This document shows, piece by piece, positions 41,731-53,100 of a DNA stretch of 64,000 nucleotides. The stretch lies in NCBI GenBank assembly GCA_000092065.1, contig CP000594.1; one strand, written 5' to 3'. Position 1 is the first letter of the stretch. The number at the start of each line of letters is the position of its first letter. This DNA comes from Ostreococcus lucimarinus (taxonomy: Eukaryota). Position numbers and translations under genes: made by a program. Under the pieces are notes generated by a model that did no database searches, was not told the DNA's origin, and worked only from the letters and a program-made list of their open reading frames with translations.

Positions 41731-43800
41731 ATGAGGCACCGATCGTACCGTGTATGCAATGGACGCACGCTCGCACTCATCGCGCTCGTCGTGCTTGTCG
41801 CACGCACGCAGCGCGTCTTCGCTTCGCCGACCGACGAGCGAAGATTCTGGACGCCCACTGTCGTCGCCGTGGACGACGGCGTCGGTTCGAAGATCCGACG
41901 CATGGGAAACGATGTGGAGAAATCGAAGTCTTTCGTGTTTGAGAACACGGTAGCGGAATCGCTGACAAGAGATGGCGTCGTCGCGGTGCGAGTGCGAGGC
42001 TTGAACGAAGCAAAGACACAGAGCGCAAAACTCTTCATGGATTGCGCGCGGGTTACGGATAATGTTGCAGTAGAAGAGTACGACGATGGATCCAGGCGCG
42101 TGACGCTCGCCACGACGACGAAGCAGAGGGGGAGTGGTTTCGGGGAACCCACGTCCAAAGCATGTAAGAAGTTCGAGGTCACGACGAAAATGCTTCGCGC
42201 GAAAGTTTCTGTGGCCGAACAAGCAATCACGGACGTGTTTCAGAGCAAGTTTTCAGATCTGAGTGAATTTGCGAACGGGGTACTGATGCAGGGAGAGAAC
42301 GGCGAGACCTATAAAACTTTCTCGGAAGTATTGAAAGACTGCGAGCACCTTGAACATTTTCACGGCTACACGATTTCACCACAACAAAAATTGAAGAATA
42401 GTAAAGTGCGGACGATCGAAGAGCACACGGATCAAGGTCTACTCATCGCATTCGTCCCGGCCATAATTGTCGATGCAGTGACGGGAAGGCGCGATAAGTT
42501 TTCCTCAACCGGCGATTTTTATATGACGCTTCCTGGGCATCGCAAGGTGCTTCTCCATTTTGACACGCTTCCAGACGATGTCGTTATTTTTATGCTGGGT
42601 CAAGCAATCGAGCAACAAATCACTCCCAAACTTGCAAACGGCCTTGAGCTTCACGCTGTACCACACGCAATGGATATGCCCAATCTTAAATCTAATCAGT
42701 TCAGATTTTGGTATGGGCGAATGTTCCTCCCACCTGAGAATGCCTTGGACGAAAGCCATGGTCTCTCTTTTGGGACAGTGCGCGCTAACATCATCGAAGA
42801 TTTCGCACGTGGGCTGAAGACATCCGTGGGATGTGGTCGTGAGCTCCTCTCCGTGGCAGGGAGCGGTTCATGCGCTAGCAACCAGATATGGTGCTGGATG
42901 CGATGCATGAATCACTCAGCGCCGGCGAGCAATCCACTCACATGCAGGACGGGTCATAGTGTCCAATGTTTGAGCCAAAGACTGGAAGTCTGGACGGATG
43001 CCGACAGTCATGGTGATTATAATCCTGGATGCACCGACGAGACCAACGAGACAAAGCCCGTCACCGATCCACCGACCATCCCAGCTCGAGCAGCCTCTTG
43101 TACAGATGGAAACGCCTGGGAAACTTTTTTGAACCACTCCGAATATGAAAACAGCTTGGAGCTGTTACAAGATAAGTTATATTTACTCTGGACTGTTCAA
43201 AATGGTAAGTTAAAAGCCCGAGTTGCCTTCAATGGCAAGATTGGTTGGTTTGCTCTCGGCATCAAAAACCTAGGAGGGAAACACAACGGGATGAACGGGG
43301 CGAACATCGTCATGGGCGTCCACGACCCTCATCCAATGGGTCACGACAGCAATTTCGGTTCTCCTTATGTTGGAAAGAGCAGTGCGAAACAATACAAAAT
43401 CCACGATCATTCTTCTGCTTTTCGACATTGGAATGACACTGCTGACGTTGCCTCACCCTTCGTGAGTTCGACGACGTTCAATTCATGTTTCAGTTGTATG
43501 CGTTTCGAGACGGCCTCGATACGGGGCGAGGCTCTGAATCTCACCTCTGGTATTAATGAACTCATCTGGGCTGCTCATGATGGCACTTACCTCAAAGGCT
43601 ACCATGAAGTACAAGGATTCGATCGGAGAGATGCACGCGGGCATCTCACGCTTGACCTGACGCGAAATTACGGTCGTGTAACGTGCGGCTTCTCAAGAGG
43701 CTGGGCTGCGGCGAGTCAAACATGTGCTTTTTCGGCAGCAAGCACTCCTTCAGCGATAGTTTCTATATCCATTGCTGTCATTGCAATCCTCGTTATGTGA
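41731..43800 (+). CDS. secreted or GPI-anchored-type protein with a 2OG-Fe(II) oxygenase-like core followed by a DOMON-like domain
   Basis: Verified ATG. Signal peptide is MRHRSYRVCNGRTLALIALVVLVARTQRVFA. EEHTDQGLLIAFVPA...GDFYMTLPGHRKVLLHFDTLPDDVVIFMLGQAIEQ...LELHAVPH resembles the HxD...H double-stranded beta-helix motif. The C-terminal LYLLWTVQNGKLKARVAFNGKIGWFALGI...ANIVMG...ELIWAAHDG resembles DOMON. A hydrophobic C-terminus (AIVSISIAVIAILVM) follows a Ser/Ala-rich linker. Confidence 0.5.
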   Translation: MRHRSYRVCNGRTLALIALVVLVARTQRVFASPTDERRFWTPTVVAVDDGVGSKIRRMGNDVEKSKSFVFENTVAESLTRDGVVAVRVRGLNEAKTQSAKLFMDCARVTDNVAVEEYDDGSRRVTLATTTKQRGSGFGEPTSKACKKFEVTTKMLRAKVSVAEQAITDVFQSKFSDLSEFANGVLMQGENGETYKTFSEVLKDCEHLEHFHGYTISPQQKLKNSKVRTIEEHTDQGLLIAFVPAIIVDAVTGRRDKFSSTGDFYMTLPGHRKVLLHFDTLPDDVVIFMLGQAIEQQITPKLANGLELHAVPHAMDMPNLKSNQFRFWYGRMFLPPENALDESHGLSFGTVRANIIEDFARGLKTSVGCGRELLSVAGSGSCASNQIWCWMRCMNHSAPASNPLTCRTGHSVQCLSQRLEVWTDADSHGDYNPGCTDETNETKPVTDPPTIPARAASCTDGNAWETFLNHSEYENSLELLQDKLYLLWTVQNGKLKARVAFNGKIGWFALGIKNLGGKHNGMNGANIVMGVHDPHPMGHDSNFGSPYVGKSSAKQYKIHDHSSAFRHWNDTADVASPFVSSTTFNSCFSCMRFETASIRGEALNLTSGINELIWAAHDGTYLKGYHEVQGFDRRDARGHLTLDLTRNYGRVTCGFSRGWAAASQTCAFSAASTPSAIVSISIAVIAILVM

Positions 43801-44142
43801 CGCGGAAGTTTGCATTCTTCACGATCTTTCAATCGACACCCGAAACAGTCTGAGCACGCACCGACAGTCACGCCGTTGTAGGTCCCGGCGTGATAACAGA
43901 ACTCTTCGCTTGATGCGAGTGCGTTCGTGCTCGCGTACGCACTCGAAACGGTGCAGTCGGCGTGAGAGAAACACACGTCGCCCGGGTCCGCGCGCGCGGT
44001 GTGCGCGACGGCGAGAGCGAAAACGAACGGCACGAGGAGGTTCTGAAACATTTTTGGTGTGGGTTTAGCTCGCGAAAAAGTTTCAGCGAGGCTTGACGTG
44101 CGCCGCAAAGTGAGGTTCGGAGATCCGGAGATCCGCCGGTTG

Positions 44143-44310
44143 ACGCCCCGCGGGGCGTGTGTGCCAGCCCGTAGGGTTTAGGGGATCGGACATATGGAGC
44201 CTCACTATTAAGACACACTGTCATATATATTAATGGATTTATGACAGTGTGTCTTAATAGTGAGGCTCCATATGTCCGACCGCGGGCACACATCCCCGCG
44301 GGGCGCCAGC
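44143..44310. repeat. MITE-like hairpin element. Perfect 38-bp inverted repeat (44187..44224 / 44241..44278) with a 16-nt AT loop, nested in a longer imperfect palindrome and flanked by ccccgcggggcg on both sides
   Basis: cggacatatggagcctcactattaagacacactgtcat / atgacagtgtgtcttaatagtgaggctccatatgtccg are exact reverse complements. Outer arms gccccgcggggcgtgtgtgccagcccg / cgcgggcacacatccccgcggggcg are imperfectly complementary. Confidence 0.55.
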
Positions 44311-44640
44311 AGGGTCAGGTCGCAATTTTGCGTTTTCCCGCTCAGCCTTCACTAGAAACGTGTCTAAACCGGCCACTTTTTAAATCTTGTTTTTTGCTAG
44401 GTTTTTACTGTCTCCGGGTCTCGGAGGAATCGCGTGGAGTGACCGGTTATGGGTTTAGTGGTTGGAGGTCCTGTGAGGAACTTTCTCTCCGTCACTTTTT
44501 TTCCATTTTTGAAAAAAAAAACGTCACATGTAAACTTTATAAATAAACCTATAACCTATAACCTATAACCTTGAAGGTTGAAATTTCTTAAGACCCGGGG
44601 TCCGCTGTTAAGGGGGGTCGGAACGCACAGAGAAATCGGG

Positions 44641-45180
44641 CTCGTCGTCCTGTGTATCAGCAGTCCTGTAGTAGGAAGTCATTTTTTGCTGTTTTGGGCA
44701 TCCCTTGCGTTCAGAGATTCCATTCTGAAGAAATCTTAAGCGAGGGCACCAAAAACTCAAGGTCTCAACGGTCGCACGCTTCAGACTAGTTACATCTTCT
44801 GTACCTCCAAGCAGCGAAGTGCTCCTGTGTGTCAGGTTTGTCTCACCAAACACCGAGATCTTCGAGAAGACGAACACGTTCCGCTGAGAGTTTGCACGTG
44901 CACCTGTCTTCCTTTGCCTGATTTGTGAGCCATCACCCCAGATTTGAATGTGGCGTATCTTATCGCGACACTCTCGCTTAAGATCTCTTCAGAATGGAAT
45001 CTCTGAACGCAAGCCGTGGATGTATTAAACTGTGAACGAGGCTAGTCATGGTTCGATTTTTTGGATTACAAGTGTAGGTCTACTTTTACGTTTCGTGGAC
45101 TCCGCTTGAGTCGGCCGATGTCACCACGTCAGGTGTTTCGAGTGCACTAGAGACGTGACCGCCGATACACAGGACGTCGA
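44641..45180. repeat. nested inverted-repeat structure: inner arms 44703..44746 vs 44966..45013 (44 bp, 1 mismatch), outer arms 44641..44660 vs 45161..45180
   Basis: Inner arm cccttgcgttcagagattccattctgaagaaatcttaagcgaggg pairs with its reverse complement ctctcgcttaagatctcttcagaatggaatctctgaacgcaagcc. Outer arm ctcgtcgtcctgtgtatcag pairs with gatacacaggacgtcgagc. Confidence 0.6.
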
Positions 45181-45837
45181 GCTCGGCGTGCCTGATTTCA
45201 CGACTCGGTGACCATGGTTTGAAACCGAAATGACCATCGGCTTCAGGCCCAGGCGCGGCCGCAATGCTACTTTAAACTTAATATATTTTTTTTGAAAAAA
45301 GAGTAGTAAGAGTAATAAAAATAAACTTTTTTTTTGAGTTGGGGCACCCCAACATGATAAAACCGCACATCGCGGCGAGCCATGCGCGACCATCAATTTG
45401 ATGTCATGTCTAGTCAGGCTCTCGTGGTAAAAACGTAAGATGTGCTTATTACAGCATATGCCAATTGCGCAGTAAATCTCGAAGGACGACATCAAACATA
45501 TCACAGAGCGCGCGCTTCACACCGTACAACACCATCTAAGGTACTTTCGACCGACGTTTTAGGCAATTTTGACTCGCCGACTGGTCTTTTCCAGTTGTGA
45601 CGTCAGATTCGATACGATACTGGGTTACGATGCGTTGAGTTGGACTGTAGAGGCCTGTACCCTTACATGCACATCTTCCATGGAGCGCTGGAGAAAAGGC
45701 ATTGTTGCATAATTATTGTCAAAATATAGATATTTTAATTTGACGCCACCATTATTAACTTTAAAATCAAGCCAGATCGCGACGACACTGAACATTTGAA
45801 TGTGTATTCACACTTGAGAGACACTGGTTTCGGCAAC

Positions 45838-46821
45838 TCACGATCGAGTACCGAAGACAAAATTAGCGCACTTTTTTCTATCATCTGCAGAATGCGAGTT
45901 TGGCGCATTTTTTACTGCGTCGCAGTGTTTCTTAGCCGCTTTGCACTGTTTGGAGCAGACATGCGGACATGCTGCCACCCAGGTTGGGTTGGAACATAGA
46001 TGGCGCCTGCCTTCCGGCTTGCCGCAGCCCCGCGGAATCGATTCACAGGGAGCCATGTTGGGTAGATCAGGCGTTTCCCAGACGGTACCAGAGATACCAT
46101 CGAAACCTGGGCACGTGTAATCGTCACTCAGAGTACAGCCAGTCGCCGCCGAGCCTTGACAAGATCTTTTCCAACCACCCAAACGCCTATGGCCCTTTGT
46201 ACGCTTTTGGCAAGTACCCGTCGACACGTTGTACGCTTGTTTAGCTTCCTTAGTATCAAACGAGTGACACACGCATGAATCAATCAGTGGCAAAGCGCGG
46301 ACCTGTACGGCCGGCTCATGCTCGCACGCCCAACACGAGTGTCCTCCAATACTGATCCCGAACCGCTGGCGCATCTCTGACGCGCAGACTTTCGCGCGTT
46401 CCTCCTCGTTGAGCTCCATTCCCGCGCAGGCACAAGCGCACTGTGCACGCGACCACTCCACTCCATCTGTCGCACCAACATAACCTCTCATATCATTCTC
46501 CAGTTGGGCGTGTTGGTCGTGGCATATTCTCGCACACGCCGCGAATGTCTTCATAGATTCTGGTAGTCCGTAGTGCACCGCGGCCTGGGACACCGCGTCG
46601 TCATCCATGAGTTTCCACCCCGTGACCCCCGAGCTCACTGGCCGCCGCCGCCGCCCGAGCTCACTTGACGGTGCATCCAAATCACCGCCCGCATCGCCTG
46701 GGTCCGTCGCCACCGCCGTGAACGGCGCATCCGCGTCAACGCCCGCGGCGACGTTCAGCGCCGCGGCCCCCACGAACAGCGCCAACGTCAAAGGTGACAC
46801 ACATTGCCTTCGAAACCCCAT
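45838..46821 (-). CDS. hypothetical secreted Cys-rich protein (signal peptide, ~30 Cys), possibly with a C-terminal ShK-like Cys knot
   Basis: First ATG at 46821 (MGFRRQCVSPLTLALFVGAAALNVAAGVDA, signal-peptide-like). The track's 46962 start is TTG. Many spaced Cys (CACACAGMELNEEERAKVCASEMRQRFG...HLCSNPTWVAACPHVCSKQCKAAKKHCD). Confidence 0.4.
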   Translation of the reverse strand: MGFRRQCVSPLTLALFVGAAALNVAAGVDADAPFTAVATDPGDAGGDLDAPSSELGRRRRPVSSGVTGWKLMDDDAVSQAAVHYGLPESMKTFAACARICHDQHAQLENDMRGYVGATDGVEWSRAQCACACAGMELNEEERAKVCASEMRQRFGISIGGHSCWACEHEPAVQVRALPLIDSCVCHSFDTKEAKQAYNVSTGTCQKRTKGHRRLGGWKRSCQGSAATGCTLSDDYTCPGFDGISGTVWETPDLPNMAPCESIPRGCGKPEGRRHLCSNPTWVAACPHVCSKQCKAAKKHCDAVKNAPNSHSADDRKKCANFVFGTRS

Positions 46822-47111
46822 CCCGCGCGCGCGATCTGCTTTTTCGTCCACGCGGCGTCCACTCGCGAACGCGCGGATACCGTTCGCTCTCTCAGCGCCC
46901 TCCACGTCCGATCGGTTCGGAAGTGACGCGCGCGCGCAGAATAGTTTCGCGTCACAACGCAATTATTCATTCCCGTGTTGATTTTATTCTATTCCAGGGG
47001 GTATGGGTATAGAGTTTACAGTGCCTTCGTACGAGATATTTCCCAACACCCTTTAGTACCAAAACCTAATTGCGTATCTTCCCTCACTTTCCGACGTCAC
47101 GCGCGCACGCG

Positions 47112-50100
47112 ATGACGTCGGCGACGCCGAAACGACGGCGCGCGCGCAGATTTTTGTATGCGTTCGGAGGACCGACACTCTTATTTAACCTCATGCGCGT
47201 GTTTGCCATGTCCGGGCTCGTGGCAACAATTACAATGTCAACAGCCGCGGGCGCCGCCCACGGTGGAGGTGCGAGCATGGACGAGGGACCGGCGCAAATG
47301 CATTATATGCCTGATCGATTTCGCAGCCTCGCGGGCGGCGGCTGGCTTACTATCTCATCGAGAGACGTGCACAAGAGCCTGATGCCCATGCCTGGGATGC
47401 GCGGTGGCGGGGAAGGCGCGAATGAGTCAGCAGTAAGTGGCAGCGCGATGAAGGACGAGGTGAAGATCGATCTGGCCCACGGTGACCCAGACGGTGAGCG
47501 ATCGTGCGATCTCGTGCATTACAAGTCATCCTCGAATGAGTTGGTGTGTTCACCACGTGCGGTGGATTGCTGTTTGGACGGACTCACGGCGCAGGAGCTC
47601 GCCAGCGTAAGCGATGGGTGCCCGTCGGTGAGACCAGAGCTGAACGTCGAGGTCAACGGTCAGCGATTGACGTGGGGCAGCGCTGGTAGAAATGGAAGGG
47701 ACACGCTCACGGACGAAAGTCTCAAAGTGAGCCATGGGCAGACGCCGACGATCGTGGCGGTCGAGCCGGCTGAGGTTCGTCCCGGTGAGTTGATCACGGT
47801 GTACGGACGAACGTGCTTTGGCGATGTTTGGAAGAAAGATGAAGATGATGGTTCGTCTCTACGTGATGATCCCGACGCACTGCGAGATCTATTCTCGGTT
47901 GAAGCGAGCGCAAGAGAGGATCCGCGCCAAGAAATTGGATTGGAAAAGTCTCTCTACAAGGTGCTCATCGGTGACCTACCGTGCGAGGTTCGAGATCCAC
48001 TCACAAACAGGTACTACCGATCCGAGCGCGGCGATGGTCCATACACAGCCCACCGGCAAACAGAGTGTGGACCCGTTAACGGTTGGTTTCAGTGCCGTGT
48101 ACCCCAAGACATCGATTCCGGTCTTCATCTACTTCATTACGAGACGTACACCAGAGGCAATGCTGTGATCCTGTCTGAGGCGCTCAGATGGAATGCATCG
48201 GACGCGTCCAAGGGCTACGTGCTGTCAGTGGTTGATGATAAGTCGGAAGATGAAGATCCACCGCGTGTTTATAACATAACGCAGCTCTCGAAGGATGAGT
48301 CCAAACAGCGACTCCTTGTTGAGGGTGCGTCTCTTGATGCGCCAAATATCGTCGTCGAGCTTGACGGGGAGCGCTGTGGTGGAAAAAAGGTTGTGTCCAG
48401 ATCTGGCATCGAGGTTGAATGCTCAGGTTCAGCTGGAGCGAGCTCGCAGTATCACTACGGCCCCCCCGCGTGGCTGCGTGAAGACTGGGTGTTCAAGGAC
48501 AAGAATAATAAGTTTGTCGGTGGCAAAGCGTGGTCTAACGCTCTCCACGTTTTGAAGCAGCGTGGAGAAAGGTACAACCCTCTCGCCGACGAAGTCATGG
48601 ACGCTTTAAGCTCGGCATTGGCAACGAATGGCATTGTCCGCGGGTACAAGATCGAGAAAGTTCAACAGTATCTCACGAGCCCATCGGTTGGATCACCATA
48701 TGTTGAGGCAACTAGCGGCATGAAAGCGGCGCACGCCGGACTCATCCGTCACCGAAGGATACGGAATGCTGTGTTTGAACGTGTAAGCGGAGTCATCACC
48801 GCCAAAGCAAACGGGCGAATGCGCGTGGCGATCGCCAATGCGGCGGGCAATAACATGGTGCTTCGTGTGCGACATGTTTCCGACAACTTAAATGTATTCA
48901 AACCTTGGTTGTTAGTTTCCAAATTTTGCGGCACCAGATACAGCAGACAAAACATTTATCGATACGGCTTTTCACAGTGGTTCAGTGTTCGTGGTAACGA
49001 AAAATACTATATGGAATTTCTGATGAACTTGGACCCCAGATACTTGCACAATTTCGGGGGATTCGATGTTAAGATGGAATTTTCCTACGACGCGGGTAAT
49101 CCTGCGGGATCAATTGGGCAACTTACGCACACGACAACGCCTCACGTGCCCAAACGAGCGCATGGTGGCGATTACGTCGTGCGCTTTAGCGGCGCTTCGA
49201 AAACTGCGATCAGATTCGCTCATAATGCAACTTCTTCAAGAAGCAATTTTGAGTGGAAACTCTTCAGTGGCGGCAAGACCATCGAGTTCAATACGAAGAA
49301 TTGGTTGCATGCACGCGAACACGTGCGGAAAGTTAGAGACGCTCTGCGATGGGCTAACTGTACCGCGCTGCCTGAAGACTCAAAGATGTGGGACGCGGAC
49401 TCGACCCATTCTTCGCACCCATTCGACGTCGAGAATCGATGGCTCATGGTGCGTGATACGCAGACCTTCAAAGAGCCCACCACAGATTGGAACTTCATAT
49501 GGCAACGTCGCATGGGCGGATTCAGAGGCGCGTCGATCGACTGGAGTACCTCGTACTGTTCGACACACAGTCAAAAATTTGATTTGTCGTCACTACCCCC
49601 AGGAAGAGTCATCACTCCTTCTTCTCATTTCGACGTACCTGCATCTTCTCGTGCGACGACGAATAAGTTTCTGAACTTTGCCTACAAAGTCACTCCGGGT
49701 ACGCGAGCGACCTTGTTACTTCGTCTAAAGTACCGAAGCGGTAATCGGGACATATCGACCACGTGCGCGGTTCTCCTCACCCATGAACAAGCGACTGGGA
49801 ACGTGAAGAACTTCGATCACCCAGCGTGTGTGGACCTTCGAAGCGTCTTCAAGGATGATGGAGAGTGGCACTTTATTTCATTCGATTGGCGAACTGCGTT
49901 GGCCGGTGGTGAGTATGCCCCGAGTTATTTGGGCGAGGCTATGTTCCCGCATAAAGTGCAAGTTCAACTCGATGGTATCGGTGTCGGCGCGCAGAGATTC
50001 CTCGGCAAGTGTCCGAATAAACAGCGCTTAGCGGAAATGTATGTCGGTGATGAAGGAAGTGAACTGCGCGGTTACCTCTGGTTGGATAGCGTTTCTGTGA

Positions 50101-53100
50101 CACAGGAACGCTACTCTCCTCAACGAGTCGAGACGCCCTCTGCACAGCTCGGAGGTATGCAAGAAGGCGTTCACGCAATCACAGATATTGAATATTCGGT
50201 CATCAGCCGAAGCGATGGCTCTAAGTGCAAATCGCTGTCGGACTGTGATATCATCGTGAGCCTGCGTCAGGTGAAGAGATGCATTGATGCGCAGTCGCGA
50301 GGCGATTTCAATATTTCGCCGATGGTGATGTCACAGACGAGTCCAAACCCGCAACCCGCGACGGTCTCGTGTGGTCGTCACTATGCAGCGAACTGCTCGA
50401 CTTGTCCGTGGAAGGTGTCCGCGGAAGGTGTCCGTGGAAGGTGGATGGGCTGGAAATATTGCAATGGTGCGTGCGAATGGAGATGGCACGGGCGTATCAA
50501 TGCAGGTGGCACGTGCGTGTCAAAGCCAGCTCCAACTCCTCCGGCAATAACAGTCACGGATCGTACTTCTTCAACACGTGGAACCGTCACTGCACAGATC
50601 ACAGGGGGGACGATGACGCAATTTTCCACCTCTGCCAATTCATCTGAAGTGCAGGACGCATTACGTCATGTCCTCGGAGCGCACGACGGAGGCTTCGTGG
50701 TGAGTCCAAGCATGGATTTGTTTGATGCGTGCGGTGTGAGCGCTCATCGCATGCGCGTTGCGCATGCGAGCGATCTCGAATCGATCCAAGCGCGGTACAA
50801 AGAAGTCGTCAATGGTGTGCCCCTGGGAATGCTACCGAAATCTTCCCGAGGCCGCACTGCGGAAAATGACGCAGGTCTCCTTAATATAACTGTGAATGTC
50901 TCAGGCGGCCTCGCTGAGATAGTCGCGACAGACGAGTCGAGCGATTTCATCGGTATGGTGCCCCTGGACACGAGAACAGATCTCGATGTGCGCGCCTTGA
51001 TTCGCGGTGGCGACGCCGTGTTGGCGACGGCTGTTGTGACGGATGGCGACACAGTCGTACCATGTTCTGTCTCACCTGACCGTATGTCTGCGACTGGCTT
51101 CAAACAAGTTCCGAACGGGCAGGCATTCGTTGGCGATGCTTCTTGCCACATCATTGTGCCACACGAGGAAGTTGCATCTGACGCGACCGTGCACGCTCCG
51201 ACGGAGTTGAATCAGGATGGTTTTCCCTCACTCGGTGAGTCCGTGAGTCAATCGAGTCCGACAGACCAGAAACGTCGACGGGACGTCGAAACTATCCGTC
51301 GGCGCAGCATGTCAAACTCGCTAAAATTTCCTGGCCATGATACCTGGGCAAAACGAGATCTATCGATGAGTAGATCCGATCTTGGACGATTAACAGTCAC
51401 AGTGGTTGGTTTTGGTGCGCGTGTGCACAACGGCGCCGCGCACCGTAGAGCTGCGAATCACGCGCGGAAACTGTTGAAAACGGAACTCGTCGCGAAGGAT
51501 GCAGGTCAGGGGAGTCTCAACAATACGAAAAGCAAGTATGAATTTCCGGCGGGCGCGGGTCGATTCAGTGATCCATCGACGTGGGGTCCTCGGGGAGTGC
51601 CGGACCAAAACTCGACGGATATGCTCTTTATTCCTGCCGGTTTCAATCTTACTCTGGATGTCGCCGATACGTACTTCCGCGTGTGGGTGATTGAGGGGCA
51701 CCTAAATTTCCAACGGGGCATGAACATCACGATGCAAGCAGAAATGATCGTCATCAACGGCGACGACGCACACTTTAGCATTGGGAGTGAAACACGTCCC
51801 TTTGAAGATCAGGCGAATATCATCATGCACGGTCACTGGCGATCCCTCGGCTTGCCCAAATATGGGGTGAAGTGCATCTCACTGACGAGCGGACGATTAA
51901 CATTCTATGGTCAGCACGTCACGCCTTGGATGGAACTGGCCACTACGGCTTCAGCTAACGCAAACGTTATTTCCGTCAGAAGCAAGGAAGGCAAGACTCC
52001 AGATCTCGCCGGATGGAAACCGGGTGCGAGTATTGTGGTGACGTCAACCTCTTACGGGGACAGGAGATGTCGGCAAAACCGTACAGACGACTGTCAACCC
52101 GAGGAGCGCGTTATTGAATCTGTCACTCCTAGAGGCAACTTTGCGGACATAACTCTCGATCGACCGTTGAAGTATGAACATTTGGGTGAATCCGTGAATG
52201 TGGCGGGAAGCCCCCGCGGGGCTACGATTGAGCGTCGTGCTGAAGTAATGCTTCTCACGAGAAATATCAACGTGCGCGGCACGACTGAACACAATGGGTA
52301 TAAGCTCGTCGGCTTTGGCGCGCACACTATGATGATGTCTGGTCAAATGGTGTTGAAAAATGTTGAATTCGGCCCAAACGTCGGACAGGCCTTCCAACTG
52401 GGTCGGTATGCCATCCACTACCACACGCCCAATGAAAAGATGTTCAAATATGGTTTGACAGCCTCAAATGACCCGAGGATGCAGGGCGCAGACCAGCGCT
52501 TGAGTCGTGTGGAGGGAGTCTCGGTCCACCAATCAAACAACCGTGCGATCGCGGTGCATGGTTGTTATCGACTGAACATCATTAACAACGTCGCGTACAA
52601 CATCTTGGGACATGGGATGTTCGTTGAAGATGGTGTGGAAATGTGGAACCTCTTCAAGGACAACGTTGTTTCTCTAGTGCATCGCTCTTTCTCTCTTTTG
52701 AACACTGATCAAACACCTGCAGCGTTTTGGATATCGAACGCTAACAATTTCTTCATCGGTAATCGAGTGTCATCGAGTAATCATCATGGATATTGGTTTG
52801 ACCCACCAGGAGGACCTACCGGACCGTCGTCGCGAACGCTCACGGGGCCTTTGGAAATCCAAAAATTAAGCACTCGGAAGGTACCGCTCGGCCAGTTTGA
52901 AAATAACAGAGCCCACTCGAATGGCCACTCCGGACTTTGGATTGATCAAATAAACACGGTCTTGCAGCAAGGCGGCAGGCTCAGAATGTACATGGTCGGT
53001 ACCCACGTATGGAACAATGGAATCAACGGTTTCGGAATGATTACCGGCGTTGGGCATCTACAGATTGTGAATACGTTTGCCATGGGCAACGGGATTGACA

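Noticed and set aside
45121-45504. 127-aa minus-strand ORF in the AT-rich part of the 44-45 kb island
   Set aside because: Low-complexity (poly-Leu/Phe/Lys) translation of an AT-rich spacer with homopolymer runs. No start context or domain.
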